Shown piece by piece: positions 1 to 11,754 of a stretch of 64,000 bases of DNA. The notes beneath the pieces were generated by a model. It did no database searches, was not told the DNA's origin, and saw only the letters and a list, made by a program, of their open reading frames with translations. Origin of the DNA: Raillietiella orientalis (Eukaryota); contig JAYWIR010000045.1 in the NCBI GenBank assembly GCA_036172245.1, forward strand, positions 620,001 to 684,000. The letters run 5' to 3'. Position 1 is the first letter of the stretch, and every line of letters begins with the position of its first letter. The translations under genes and the position numbers were made by a program.

Positions 1-82
1 GATCAGTCAAAAGTGAGATCAAAGAGCTTGATGATTCTCCTTCTTGGATGGAGGAAATTCAGAGCCAGGATAGGGGGGATCC

Positions 83-180
83 GAACTGTGGTATTAATCA
101 CTGGCATTAATCACAGGTTCATACCCATCCAATTCAATTCCATCAATCCTCAAGACTCCATTTCCATATTTTCAAAATAA
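83..180 (+). pseudogene. cox2: cox2 3' fragment (NUMT)
   Basis: Mitochondrial-code translation CGINH-SFMPIQFNSINPQDSISMFSK-TAA contains the CuA ligand motif CGxNHSFMPI. A 13-nt tandem duplication interrupts it. Confidence 0.8.
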
Positions 181-185
181 ATTTA

Positions 186-246
186 AGAAATTTTAGTCAA
201 AAAATAACAATAACTTATCAGGCTATAATTACTACAGTAAATTCTA
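186..246 (+). tRNA. trnD: Mitochondrial-type trnD pseudogene (NUMT), anticodon reads ATC instead of GTC
   Basis: AGAAATTT/AAATTCT acceptor arms, ATAAC-TTATCAG-GCTAT anticodon arm and a tiny ACT-AC-AGT T-arm, in the position directly before atp8. Confidence 0.6.
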
Positions 247-251
247 GAATT

Positions 252-407
252 ATTAATTCACTTCCTCATTTGACACCCATGAACTGACTCCCTCTACTTC
301 TCCTTTTCACCGCCATCATTCTAATCATACTTACACTCACTCCTTCATATACCTGACCATCAACTTCCTTCACCCTCATCCAACCAATCACTAAATGACC
401 ATGATAA
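252..407 (+). pseudogene. atp8: atp8 (NUMT), frame open in mitochondrial code
   Basis: (INS)LPHLTPMNWLPLLLLFTAIILIMLTLTPSYTWPSTSFTLIQPITKWPW-TAA. Typical atp8 start and KWPW end, with the 7-nt ATGATAA overlap with atp6 at 401-407. Confidence 0.8.
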
Positions 408-848
408 ATTCCATCTTCTCCCCGTTTGACCCTTTTATCTTATCCTCACCATGGCACATCATTACTTCTATGCCATCCTACTCATTACATATCCTGACTC
501 TTACCATCAATTTCTAAACTCAGCACCACAAGATCCATCAAATTATCATCAAAAATTATCAACAATAACCTCCACCCCCAAAATACCCCTTCAATCAAAA
601 TTTTCATTACTCTACTACTCACCATCGCCCTTATTAACTTCTCGAGACTCACCCCTTACACATTCCCCTCATCCACCCATCTCTTTGTGTCCCTCTCTCT
701 AGTCATCCCACTCTGAACTTTCAGACAACTCTTCGCCATTTTCAATAACCCTTCTCACTTCTCAGCCCATCTCACACCTAAAGGAACTCCAACAGCCCTT
801 TCCTTCATCCCACTCTTCGGAACCATGAGACTAATAATCCAACCGATC
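401..848 (+). pseudogene. atp6: atp6 5' part (NUMT), frameshifted and truncated
   Basis: MMNSIFSPFDP at the start, then INFSSLTPYTFPSSTHL...IPLW...FSAHLTPKGTPTAL...GTMSLMIQPI. Both match ATP synthase subunit a motifs. Confidence 0.88.
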
Positions 849-938
849 CAACCGATTTACTATCGAAGATGCCTCCTCATTCTGCAAGAGCCTGATTCTT
901 TTTGGACGGAGGAAATTCAGAGCCAGGATCGGATCCAG

Positions 939-1025
939 AGGAAAATCAGCCTCCACTAAGAGCCAGGAGTATGGAAAGGAAAATCAGCCTCCACTAAGAG
1001 CCAGGAGTATGGAAAGGAAAATCAG
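939..1025 (+). repeat. 38-bp tandem duplication (about 2.3 copies)
   Basis: AGGAAAATCAGCCTCCACTAAGAGCCAGGAGTATGGAA at 939 and 977, partial copy at 1015. Confidence 0.9.
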
Positions 1026-1049
1026 AGCTAGGAAACAAGTTTCCCCCTT

Positions 1050-2300
1050 GAGGAATTCTTTCTGTGCGAAACTCCCGGAAGGAGATGCCGGAAGTGACTC
1101 CTGCCACTCAGCTAGGAAACCAAGCTCCTTTCCGAAGCGCCATCGGGGTGATGATTTCCAGTCCCTTCTGCTTCCTCGACTTCTGCGACAGGCACCGGTG
1201 ACCTCTAGCAAGCAGTCTAGGAACCTTGGCGTATCCCTCGAGGAAAAGAAACCATCTGTGGCTGCCACCTGTTACCAATAAGGAGTCGATGCCTGTTCCA
1301 GGAACCAGGAAGGCCTCTCTGAAGGTCGATGGAGCCGTTCTTCTGTCTCCAAAAGATCTAAACGGAGAGAGAGTGGGTGGAAACGAGTGAGGGATCAGAA
1401 ACCTGACAACCAATCAAGACACGACCCACTCGGACGGTCCTCGGGCTTCAGGATGAGCACATTCTCCGCAGTTGGTCATCGTGTGAACGGTTGTGGTTAC
1501 TTACCACGTCTCAGAGGTAGGACATGCTGACCCGACTTCGCTGATGCGGTGGTTCATTTGCTGCATCCAGGTCAATTCTTGCTGAATACGCTCTATCATG
1601 TTCCTGAGCGTACCTGTTACTGGGATTGTAGTAGCCACACGGCTTTCAGAGTGGGTGTGTGGCTACGGTTGCCATCGTGATACTTTGCGGGTTCGGATTC
1701 CAACGTGAAGGATCCGCATCGAAAACGGGAGGTTCGTCGTGGGTTTCGAGTTTCCCGCTCAGATGACGCTGGTTGACCTGTGGACTTCGGGTGTGGCACT
1801 GGTAGCAGCCAGAAACCAAATGACCCCCCCGTTGACTGGCTGCGACTGGACGTTTGCTCTCTGGAGTTCTTCCAGGAGTCAAGGAGAAGGTTCCCTATGC
1901 CACTCCAGAGTGTCAGAAGTGCTCTGCTTCCTTCGGGGAGCGCCGTTGAGAGAAATTTGGAAGCGTCCCTCCGGGGTTCTCTTCAGAGTAGGAAACGAGA
2001 AGCGGTTCCCTTGCGAGTTTCCTTTCGGGGAGGAAACGAGGAGAACTCCCCTACGGGGGGGTCTCTCCGGAGAGAACAAGGAAGAGGTTCCCTTCGGGGA
2101 TTTCCTTCGGGCACAACCAGGGCGAAGTTTCCCTTCGCTGTCTCCTCTCAAGAGTGAGATAGGAACGAGCTCCTTCCTCCGGAGTCTTCCTGGATTCACA
2201 AAGCGGTCTTTCCGGAGTTATCCCCTAACTTGAAGAGTTACTGCACGCACCCCCGGCTAGCACGGACGGTGCCAAAGAGCTTCGTGAGCATCCCCTAAAG
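1050..2300 (-). mobile_element. Degenerate retroelement relic, possibly DIRS-like
   Basis: Minus-strand HSFPP followed by a WF motif resembles the YAFPP methyltransferase-like region of DIRS elements. A P/R/K-rich low-complexity stretch lies at 1880-2230. No intact ORF. Confidence 0.3.
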
Positions 2301-2399
2301 AGGCGGACGGTTCTTCAGTATTTCTTGAGAACCACACACAAAAAAAAATCTGTGAGAAAAGCAGCGAACGCAGGAGAACCCCCCGAAATTTTCATCGCC

Positions 2400-3050
2400 T
2401 TGGGTTCTTCCCTCCCCTCCAAGTGGCGGGAGTTGGCGCTCCTGGTGGTGCATGGGGGAATCGCGTGCGAAGTGCGCCTTTACCACTAGATATGGGGGAG
2501 CGTGGATACTCAGAGTGAGGCAGGTGCGGGTACCTCACCTGCTGTTGGACCATGCTGCCCTCTGACCCCTTTGAGATCGCCTCGGAACCCCGGCGGGAGG
2601 CCCCAGGGACACTTTCAGACGCCTCTTCGCGCGTGCCGCACCGCCGCCGGTCGCGTCCCTCGCAGTTCCTTGCCGTCTCCGCGGGACCGCGGAGTTCTGG
2701 AACGCCAGAAGAGGGCCGAAACAGTGGGGACTCCATCCACTGGGTGCGGATTTCCTGAGGACCGCCTCAAGATGGCCCAACTTGGACGTTATATCCGGAC
2801 GGAACTTTCCGGCATCCCGAACAGAATGCAGAGGACACCTGGAAGCGTGCTGTGGTCTGCCCTCCCCCTCTCCCCCCTGTGTATAATTTTCCCTCCCCTG
2901 TTTTGTGTGTTTATATTTGTTTTGTTTTGTTCGTTTGCTCTTCCCCCACGCTGCCGAAGCGGACCTCGTCGGACTGCGCACCGCGCTCTTCGGCAGGTAC
3001 TTCGCACATGGTAGAACCAAGGGTTCGACCACACCAGTATATTGTTATCA
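2400..3050 (+). mobile_element. 3' end of a degenerate L1/Tx1-like non-LTR retrotransposon
   Basis: Colinear with the reverse complement of about 51780-52450 (shared GDSIHW/RDSIHW, RRSQRGQRAA, decayed CCHC remnant HLLLD, and EFWNARR). Followed by a T-rich 3' UTR and the terminal hairpin. Confidence 0.6.
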
Positions 3051-4039
3051 CATGCTTCGGCATCCCTTTCATGATCTTGCGATTCAAGGGAGTTCTCATC
3101 GCTCAGCAGCGCCCTTGCTAATTCTCTAGATCTGGAAGTTTAGCCGCCGCTGTCTGCAACAACTCCGAAGTTGTCAGCAGCATTTCGAGAGGCGAGAAAG
3201 AGACGTCGCGGTCGTTCTGCGTAGCGCGAAGCACTTTGGAAACCACAGTGGCTCTCTCTGATCCACAGCGGAGCAAATTACGAAGGGGGAAGAGGGGAGG
3301 AATGTCTTGAGTCGCTCAAGTCTCCCCCAGCTACCGCTTGACTTGGAGGAGAAACGAGAGCAGCTTCAAGCGCAAGACAAAATGCAAGAAGTTTTCGGTC
3401 TAGCTTGACACGTGATCTACTCGCATCGAAAGTGGGCAACGCCGAAGTCACGATGCATTGTGGGGCGGGAACGCCGCAGTTAGTGGGTAGGGCAGAGGGA
3501 CAAAAGAGAGCAGGAAGCAAAAGAGCCAACGGATCCACAAATGACGTCATCGATTGGAAATGCAGCTTCTGAACCCTAACTTCGGCCTCTGAAAGCAGGG
3601 ATGGCAACCTATTCGTACAGGAAGTGCTAATCAGGAGTGGATGACATCTTCCCCCGTCACAGGAGCGGTTGAGTTTCCAAGTTAAAAGAAAACTCCTCGA
3701 CCGGGAGTTGCTCGCGGCCATCCACGCCGCTGATGAAGCCGGCAGTGGAGATGATGCCTAGGAGGACTGGATGCACATTTCGAGGATTCCCAAACCTGAC
3801 TCAAAGTGAAAACGAAATCCAGGGATGACGAAATTTATATCTTGCGGACCTTTGGAGGGGAACAAAGCCATGGATCGATTCCGCGTGTCCCCCCCCATTC
3901 ACGTCAGTTTCTGAGCTCTGGGCGTAACGGGATGAAACACCTGAATCCTTGTTGATTCGTGAGGCAACGTGAATTCAGAGAAAGTTCAGGTTCCAAATAA
4001 CAGGGTCCTCATCTTTTTTTTTTCTTTTTTCAGAATAAT

Positions 4040-5769
4040 TTACTTTACGCATAATTCCTGCAGAAAATTACAGCAGGAAGCAGCATTCGTTTTCAGGGGC
4101 TCAAATCAGAACTGTCACTGAATCACATCTGCAACGATTTCGTCTGAACTGAATAGGGGTGGTTGCGGTAATCAACGTCCATCAAACGAAATCGGTTTCT
4201 CTTAATTATTAATTAGCGCTTGGCTTTGCCCAGAGCCCGTTGGGGGGACCGTTTCCCTGGTTGTCAAGACAACCTGATGTAGTAACGCCGACGTTTACGT
4301 ACCGATCTCTCGTTTTGGGAAATCAAATGATTGAACAAATAATCGGCACCTGAGGCATCTTACGAGCGCATGATTTTCAAGGAAAGCCGAAGATACGGAC
4401 CAGATGCGATTCCAAACTCCCGAGCACACATTTTTTGGCTATGGGATCTGAATTTAAGTGCTGGTACTTAGGAGGACGACCAATCATGCTGTTAAGTGCC
4501 CCGAGACACTATTTGGTTTACTGCGTGGAACGCGCTCCGCTGCCGGGGCAACGTGGGAACAGTTGGGTCTGTCCCATTTGCCCGGCCGGGAAGACGGCCG
4601 GCTCGTCGCAGAAATCCGGGTGCATGCTGAAATCCTTTGCCTTTTCGCTTCACTTTATGCGGAACAGATATCAGGAATGCGAAATGGGAAAAACAATTCA
4701 TCACGTGTATCTGAGAAAGAAACACGTATATCAAATTCGTTTCTTCCGGACAAATTTGATTTATCGTACAGAAACTGCGAATCCTGCAGAAAAGTACCAA
4801 GGAAATCTGAAAACTCGAGCGAGGAAGTTATTAAGTTTCTCGGGGGAAATATTTGGAAGAGGGAGTCTCCTTCCTCGAATGGGCATCAGGGAAGCATTCG
4901 GGGCGGATTTCTGGAGAGAGAGGTTTTCCATCGGAAATTCCCCATAGACTTCAGTATGCATATGCGCGCATCGCATCGGCAGCAGCCTTCATCTTGGTCT
5001 GCCTGCCATCCTTTCTTCTGTGCAACTCGATGCCCCGAACGATCCTGTTGGAGTCGTTCACGCAGGATGTCGCCAACGGCACTAAACTGGAAGCGTTCGC
5101 CGTTAAAGTCACCAAGAGATCATCGCCCACAGGTAACCTATGAAGGATCCCATATCGTTGATGGATGAGAATGCTCTCAGATGCATCCCAAATGCAACTG
5201 CTCAGATGATAAATCTACACGCGAATAGAAGCTGAAAGCGCTGGCCAAAGAACGGAACACCAGAAATTTCTTAACTGCAAGCTAAGAAAGCTGAGTTGTT
5301 TTGAGTGTTCGTTGAGTGTTTAGAAGAAGAGAAGAAAGGAATCAACTCTACTTAGGGAGTTGATTTCCTTTGAAGGAAGCGGACATTTTGAAAATCTGCA
5401 AAAGAGAAAATCAGAAGACGAAATCATGTCCGTAAAGCAACAAACGAACGCGAAGCGTCTCCTAGCGACTTCCACCAGTGGGTCACATTGGTCTTGCTAC
5501 TCCAAGCAAACCCATTCGCGAGATTGGCAAGCAAAGAGTTTCATAAATCTTTCTCCAAGGAGTTACTTCACGCGAATTTTCTGTAGAAAACTCTGGAAGA
5601 AATCAGCAATCGCTTTCAGGTGCTCAAATCAGATCTGTCACTGAATCACATCTGCAACGATTTCTTCTTAACTGAATGGAAAGGTGGTTGCGGTAATCAA
5701 AGTCCATCAAACGAAATCGGTTTCTCTTAATTATTAGTAAGCATTTAGCTTTGTCGAGAGTCCGTTGTG
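4040..5769 (+). repeat. Pair of diverged ~205-bp direct repeats (4040-4243 and 5563-5769)
   Basis: Shared blocks CTGTCACTGAATCACATCTGCAACGATTTC, GGTGGTTGCGGTAATCAA and GTCCATCAAACGAAATCGGTTTCTCTTAATTATTA. Confidence 0.85.
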
Positions 5770-8700
5770 AGGTAGATGATACCTTCCTGTAGATGATAAG
5801 TCAGCTGACAGTGTTCAGGACCTGAGCTCTTATCCTGCTGGCTCCGCAAAGCCACCGACTTCTTTGAGGGAAAGTGATTCAGTAATCAGCATTCATAGGT
5901 GCCCGCCACTTTTTTTGGATGGGACGTCAAGAAGCATCAGTGACTAATGATTAATTCATTGTCGCCATGGCTTTGAAGGTAGGAAACAAATGAAGGGAGA
6001 ACGGAACACGGAGAGAAAGAAGTCCCACGAACGCCGACAAACGGAACAGCATGCAGAGCCGGAAGTAGAAAATCTTTGTAAAGTTTCCAGCCGAGAAAGC
6101 TGCTGATTTTTTAAGGGAAAATGAAAAAAAAAAAAAAATCCAAAGCGTCACTGAAGTTTCTTGCAAAAGAGAACCTTCCTTCCTGTCGTCGGAAACCCAG
6201 ACGTCTTCTGCATCTCTGTACATGCAATGAGCTGCAGTGCATCGGGTAAAACTAACAGGGAAGTGATTCCTGGATGAAATCTGACAATCCAACTACTGAC
6301 GACGTATTGAAATGATCAGTGCATCCTGGAGAAGCGCGCGAAGTATGACGAACATCAGTGCACAAAGAAGAATTATCTACCGGAGCCACAGATATCAACA
6401 CCGAGGTGTGCGCTTTTTAGGTTTGAATTCCTCACAGTTTTTCAGCCCCCCAACTGATTGCGAATGCCAAGGAGATTCTTCAGATCCTGTTTTTCTAAAC
6501 AAGAAGAGTAAGTAAATTAAGCACCGAGACCACTCAGACATCCACATGTATTGGAGGGAAGAAATCAAAACATGTGGTCTTCTTTTCTTAAGTTTCGTTT
6601 CTCGAAAACTGCTGGAGGCGACTAACCTTTGAAATGTTCTAAATTGACATTTTACATTCCTTCCATCCAACAACGTTCCGATGCTGGAGTCGCCCTTTCT
6701 CGGAAAGGCCAAGAAACATCAGATTTTGTTGATGCAGTATGTATCCACGTATGCAAGGAAATTTCAAGCTGGGATGACCGTGAAGCCTCAAGTGAGCCAA
6801 GGTACAATCAAATCTGTGGAAAGGTACTAATCGCTCTTGCGCAGTCACCGGGCAGATCAGTGCTCTCGGGTAAACTCCCCTTCTTCCCAATTTTTCCTCC
6901 CATCAAAGAGCAATTTTTTTTTGTGATGAATTCAGTGGAGCAAAGATTCCTTCAGACGATATTCTCTCCGCGCGACGAGATGAATGCACAGCCAATAGTG
7001 ATGATTATGAGGGTAGTGATAGTAAATACCAGAAAACTCAACCATGTGCTGACCGCTTGGAATAGCTTTCCTCGTACGGCCTCATCGCTGATAACGGTTT
7101 GTCACCCCGGAACGAAGGAATGATCCTTTAGGCGTCTGTAAAGTGAGGCAGAAAAAAGCGGGGAGTGGCTCACGTTACTTCCATTTTGTCATTTCATTAC
7201 CTACCATGCCATGCCATGGAATATGGGAGGCTCCTAAAAAATGCATCGGAAGACATGGCACCTTTTGCTGCCTTGTCAAGCCGTTTTGCCGAGATTAGAA
7301 TTCTATCCTCAACCACGTGAATCTTTCCATCGAATTCATTGGAGGAGACGGAGTTTTGGAACCGCACGAAGCAATTCCGTCGTCTATCCTGGTGCGCCCT
7401 ACGACAGGGGCGCAGCTTTTTCCGGGAAACATGGCAAGCGAGTACTCTAGGAGCTGTATGAACGAACGCCAGCCGAGCTTGCCGTTGGTTTCGCGGCCGA
7501 ACGCCATGTGGTCTGCATGTATCACTGTACACTTGATGAGGTCTGTACACCGTGAGACACGACAGCGTGGCGCCGCTATGAGAGCCGCCGGCCGCACCGT
7601 ATGCCATGTTGCCAGCACGTTGCACCGCGTGAAAAGCTCATCCTCTTTGAGATGGGGGGAAGACACTGATGAACCGATCTCGAAAATGAGCCTCGGAGAT
7701 GACCCGGTCTCCTTCAAGATCGCGCCAATAAGGATGACAGCAGTATACTCATCGGGGGCACCGTATAAGAAGAACGCGGAACTTCAACCGCATGCAGGCG
7801 ATCGTGCCGTACAGCGGGGTGTGCATGGTTTACGCAGACTGCGAACGGCCGGCTGAAGCCCTGATCGAGGAAGGCATAAATCTCGTCGTTGGGCGTGTCA
7901 CGTCGGGAAGACAACGGCCAAGGCATCACTCTTATGGAGGTCAGTTTCCAAGCTGGTCAAAAGGAGGTGGAACAGATGAACCCACAAATTGACACGAGAA
8001 GGTCATGGATCGCTGAAAACACGGGCTGCAGAGAGTTCCGAGACGGATGCCGACTCGGAGTAAGTCCGAGTAAGGCAAGGACTGATGATACCTGCAGGGG
8101 AAAAGAGGCTAAAGAAAAAACCACGTGCCGAAAAGAGATATGGTCTTGCTCCTGATAACGAGCAGGCGTGTAAGGCTTATCTTATGGCTCCTTAAGATAT
8201 GCTTTCTGCCAGAAAGGACCTAAACGTTCAAGGTGGAACTGCCTAAAGATGTTAACGAGAGCAGACGAGCTCCCTCGATATTGACATATGCGTTTCATTT
8301 TGAAATTGCAGTCTGGTTGAGGTTTAAATAAACTCTCTCTCCGCTTGTCGGATCGGGAAAAATGGGTCCAGGCAAGGGCCTTTCTCTTGAAGGAGAAACA
8401 AGGAACAATCAGCCAAAGCGGAATGGCTGTTCTCTCATTGGGGTTTTACTAACCTTCCCGGTTCTTCATTGCAGTGGAACCGGGCAATTCGAAAGGAGTA
8501 GTTCTGAGGTGGAACTCCGTCGCGTAGGAGCTCCATTCAAACTGTCTACTCTCATTTGCAAAGATTCCCAAGAATTCGGACGAAAGTACCTTTGGACCTA
8601 ATCAGATTTGTTAGGCCACAACTTAATGTGATTACGATGTGGGATTTTGAGTTGAAAGAAGAGGACCGTGGCCGTACGGAGATTGCAATCGAATTAGACC

Positions 8701-9364
8701 TTCCTCACCGCCTTTCATGCAAGTGTTTATAATTACACACTTCATGTCTTTCAAGGACCGCAAGTTTGTGACGAGGTTCTTAAGAGGAGGAGGACCGGGA
8801 GACAATTGGCTGCACTGCAGCAGTCAAACTTCAGATTTCTTCGAACGGATGAGGAGAAAGAGCGTGTAACATTCATCGTCTTACCAAGCTTGCATTCGAT
8901 GATCTCTTCGTGCAGGGAGTTGCTGCAAGAGTACCAGCCGATGTGAACGCCTCAGAGGCGACGAGGTCGTGCTTTCGGATGAATCTGCAACTGCCACCTA
9001 CTGGACGGTTGGGCGGCAGAGGCCCTCTTAGAGACAGGAAACGATCCGATGCTGATTTCGACCTGGAGTACACAGTCTGTTTCCGCTATTCTCGAAGCAC
9101 AGCGCGATGCGAAAGACGTCCTCTTCGTCCACGAGACTCCCACCATGTCGACCAGGGGATGTTGCAGTTCGCATCAGGAGTTCAAACGATCCATCAGCGA
9201 CAGGAGAGATTCTGCCAGTGGCGTTTACCGGCCATAGGCAGGAGTTGGGAGCGGAAGTTCGCTGACGGCGGGACGGCGTTTCGCACGTCGGGCTACCCGA
9301 GTTGGGAATTCATGGTGACCAGATGTAATTGACTTCTCTACGTAATTGAGCGGGATTACATCGC

Positions 9365-9660
9365 CAGGTCACGCCGGGGCGTTTGTTCAAAAGATGAGCA
9401 AACATGGCGACCAAGTTGCCCAGCAAAATACTAATATTCCCAGCAAGGGGAGAGCGAACAGACACGCAGATCGATTGCTCCAAAGTCGGAAAGAGCGGAG
9501 GGGAATAATACACAAAAATATGAACAAGAGGACACAAGGCAGGGGTAGGGGTCTTTGACTTTTCCCTTTTCCCGTTCTCACACACCGACAAAAGTCCGGA
9601 ACGGGAGGGAGGGGACAGTATATAAAGAAAAGGGGCAGAGTCAGGACAGGGGTCATTGGG
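9365..9660 (-). mobile_element. 3' UTR-like end of a related non-LTR element
   Basis: The minus strand has a pyrimidine/T-rich tract, CCCCTCCGCT (as at 51535) and ends in AACAAA-CGCCCCGGCGTGAC, like the element ends at 51686 and 51743. Confidence 0.4.
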
Positions 9661-9739
9661 CTTGGACGCCCCTTCCTCCTAAAATCGACACTGAATGCTG
9701 CCGATCTCCGCCTTGAGTTCCTATTCTAGGTGAGGTCAC

Positions 9740-10250
9740 CTAGCAAGCGTCCTCGTGTAGGTGGCTGCCATGAGGGTGGCCTCCCTTTACTCCCTTTCCT
9801 TCTCCAAGGCGTGGCAGACCGTGACAGCGGCGCGGGCGCAGCATGAATCTCAAGAAAAGCGATCTGTTTGGCTGCTGCTTTCAGAAGACTTTCAGAGTCG
9901 CCGGTCCATCTGGATGCCGCGAGGGAAAGAGTTGAAACTCACGAATTGCTCGAAAGAGAAAGGGATTCTTGCTCGGAGAGGGAGAGAAGCGATCCTCTGC
10001 CTGATGAATTGCCCAGTGGTTTCAAGAGGCGGTTGGTCAGCAGACTCTTTGACGTCGTCCTGTGTAGAGGGCCTTCGTCCCTCGCCCATCCTGATCTCAG
10101 TCTACAAACCTTTTCCACAGGCGGGAACAATTTTTCTTACACACTTGCTGCCCCTTCCCTCTTTGCAGAATAGGGACCCTCCTTCAATGCTTCCTCATCC
10201 ACTCACGGCGAACCTTCTGCGTCTTCGGCAAGGATCCGCCGCTTCATGAA
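9740..10250 (+). mobile_element. Tyrosine-recombinase (DIRS-like) relic
   Basis: AAMRVASLYSL (RVSEL-like box I), LMNCPVV (CPV motif) and PHPLTA (decayed HxxR region) occur in the expected order. Motif resemblance only. Confidence 0.35.
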
Positions 10251-11754
10251 AGGCAGCAGGTCCGTTTCCGCTCACAGATCCCTGTTGCCTCTCGAGAAAC
10301 GACTCAGGAAGACGATCCGAGGCTGTCGACCTGCATCTGACTGATCCATCGCTCTGACTTGCCATTCCACGATCTCCACTTCCGCCGGTGCGTTTTTCAA
10401 AAAGAACTTCTATGTCACATCCGGCTCCTGATTCACCTCCACTGATGTGTGCACATCTTCTGGAGCTGAACAGGTGATAGTTTCTGTTACTCCCACCTTT
10501 ATCGCCAAGCAACATCCTCAAGCATAATTTTCAACGATAGTAAAACATTCTTATGTCCTTGAGGGCACATCTGGGGAAAGTAGAGGACCCCACAGGAGTG
10601 GTTTCAATGGTCAACGAGATGGAGAGCTTCTCTAGCGACCAGCTTGCGTGGTCCGTACCGAGAGGCAGGGTTGCCATTCTATGCATTCAATTCAGAAAGG
10701 GATCAGTATCTCTGACTGTCTCCTCCCGACCTTCTAGATGAAGGCAGCATCGACAGGGAACGTTCTGTCTCATGGATCCCACGGGCACCACGAAACGACA
10801 GCCTCCCTCCAACATCCGCTCCAGACCACGAGGCTGCCTTCTTTCGTTCTTTCCCTTATTTCTTGAAAATCGCGGAAGCTTTGCATTCCACCGCTGCAGA
10901 CGCTGCTGCCGTGGTTCAACTGCGAGTCGCCACGAGTGATTCCAGAGCCATTGCTGCTTTCTAAAGGCCGCCCCAAGGTCGCGTGGCACGTTTCTCTGCC
11001 CCGGGCAGCTCGGCCGTTTGTCGTCACACTGCGTTACGGGGCATTGGAAGAGTTTCCTCACAGAACCAATTGGGAACGTTTCGGAAAGTCGTCTTCAGCC
11101 CTCGCTTTCTTTGCCGTACTCAGCATCTTCGGCTTTCACTTTGTGGAACTGTTCCTTTTGATGGACTGAAAAGACGAACGCCGAGCCGGGGAAACGCTTT
11201 TAGGGATTCACTCTCCTTGACAAGATCTCTCGGCTTTTATGAAAATTTCCGTGCAGAGACCTGCCGCAAGAAATGATGGGGGTGCTTGTTCTCCCGCATT
11301 ACTTCATCTTTCTTGTTTTTCCCTCCCCCAGACTGGAGACTGGGGGAGTCTCCAGTCTTCACGGCTGCCGTTTCGCTCTGGTGCTGCACCCGTGAGCAGG
11401 TCTAGGCGAGGGCATCCGGAGAAAATGAGAAGGAATCCCACATCTCCACGATCGACTTGCATCCCCCCCCCCCTCCCATCCTCCCAGAAACAACCAACCA
11501 CCATAACAACAAAACGCTTCTTAAGTCTATTTCCCTAAAGAAAATAAAGTCTTCATTTGCTTTGTATCACAGTACACAGATGCCACGGCTCGACCTGTCT
11601 TCAGTCTCTTTCGAGATGTACAAAAAGTAAAAAAATACCCCAAAAATACGGACTCTTCGTCTGATGCACGTCCTCTTCGGCGTAAAAAAATATACGCGGA
11701 TCACGCGATTGCCCCGCTGGGGGAAAGATGGCGCAAAGAAACGGGGGTCAACGA

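Larger units (their letters stand above)
83..858 (+). other. NUMT (nuclear copy of mitochondrial DNA): cox2 3' end, trnD, atp8, atp6 5' part
   Basis: Abrupt switch to very G-poor, A/C/T-rich sequence. It reads as mitochondrial genes in the invertebrate mitochondrial code, carries frameshifts and is embedded in nuclear repeat DNA. Confidence 0.9.

Noticed and set aside
451..702. 83-aa plus-strand ORF
   Set aside because: Standard-code artefact of the frameshifted atp6 NUMT.
7660..7690. CTGATGA...GAAA hammerhead-like core
   Set aside because: The intervening bases cannot form stem II and no stems I or III are evident. Other CTGATGA sites I checked also fail.
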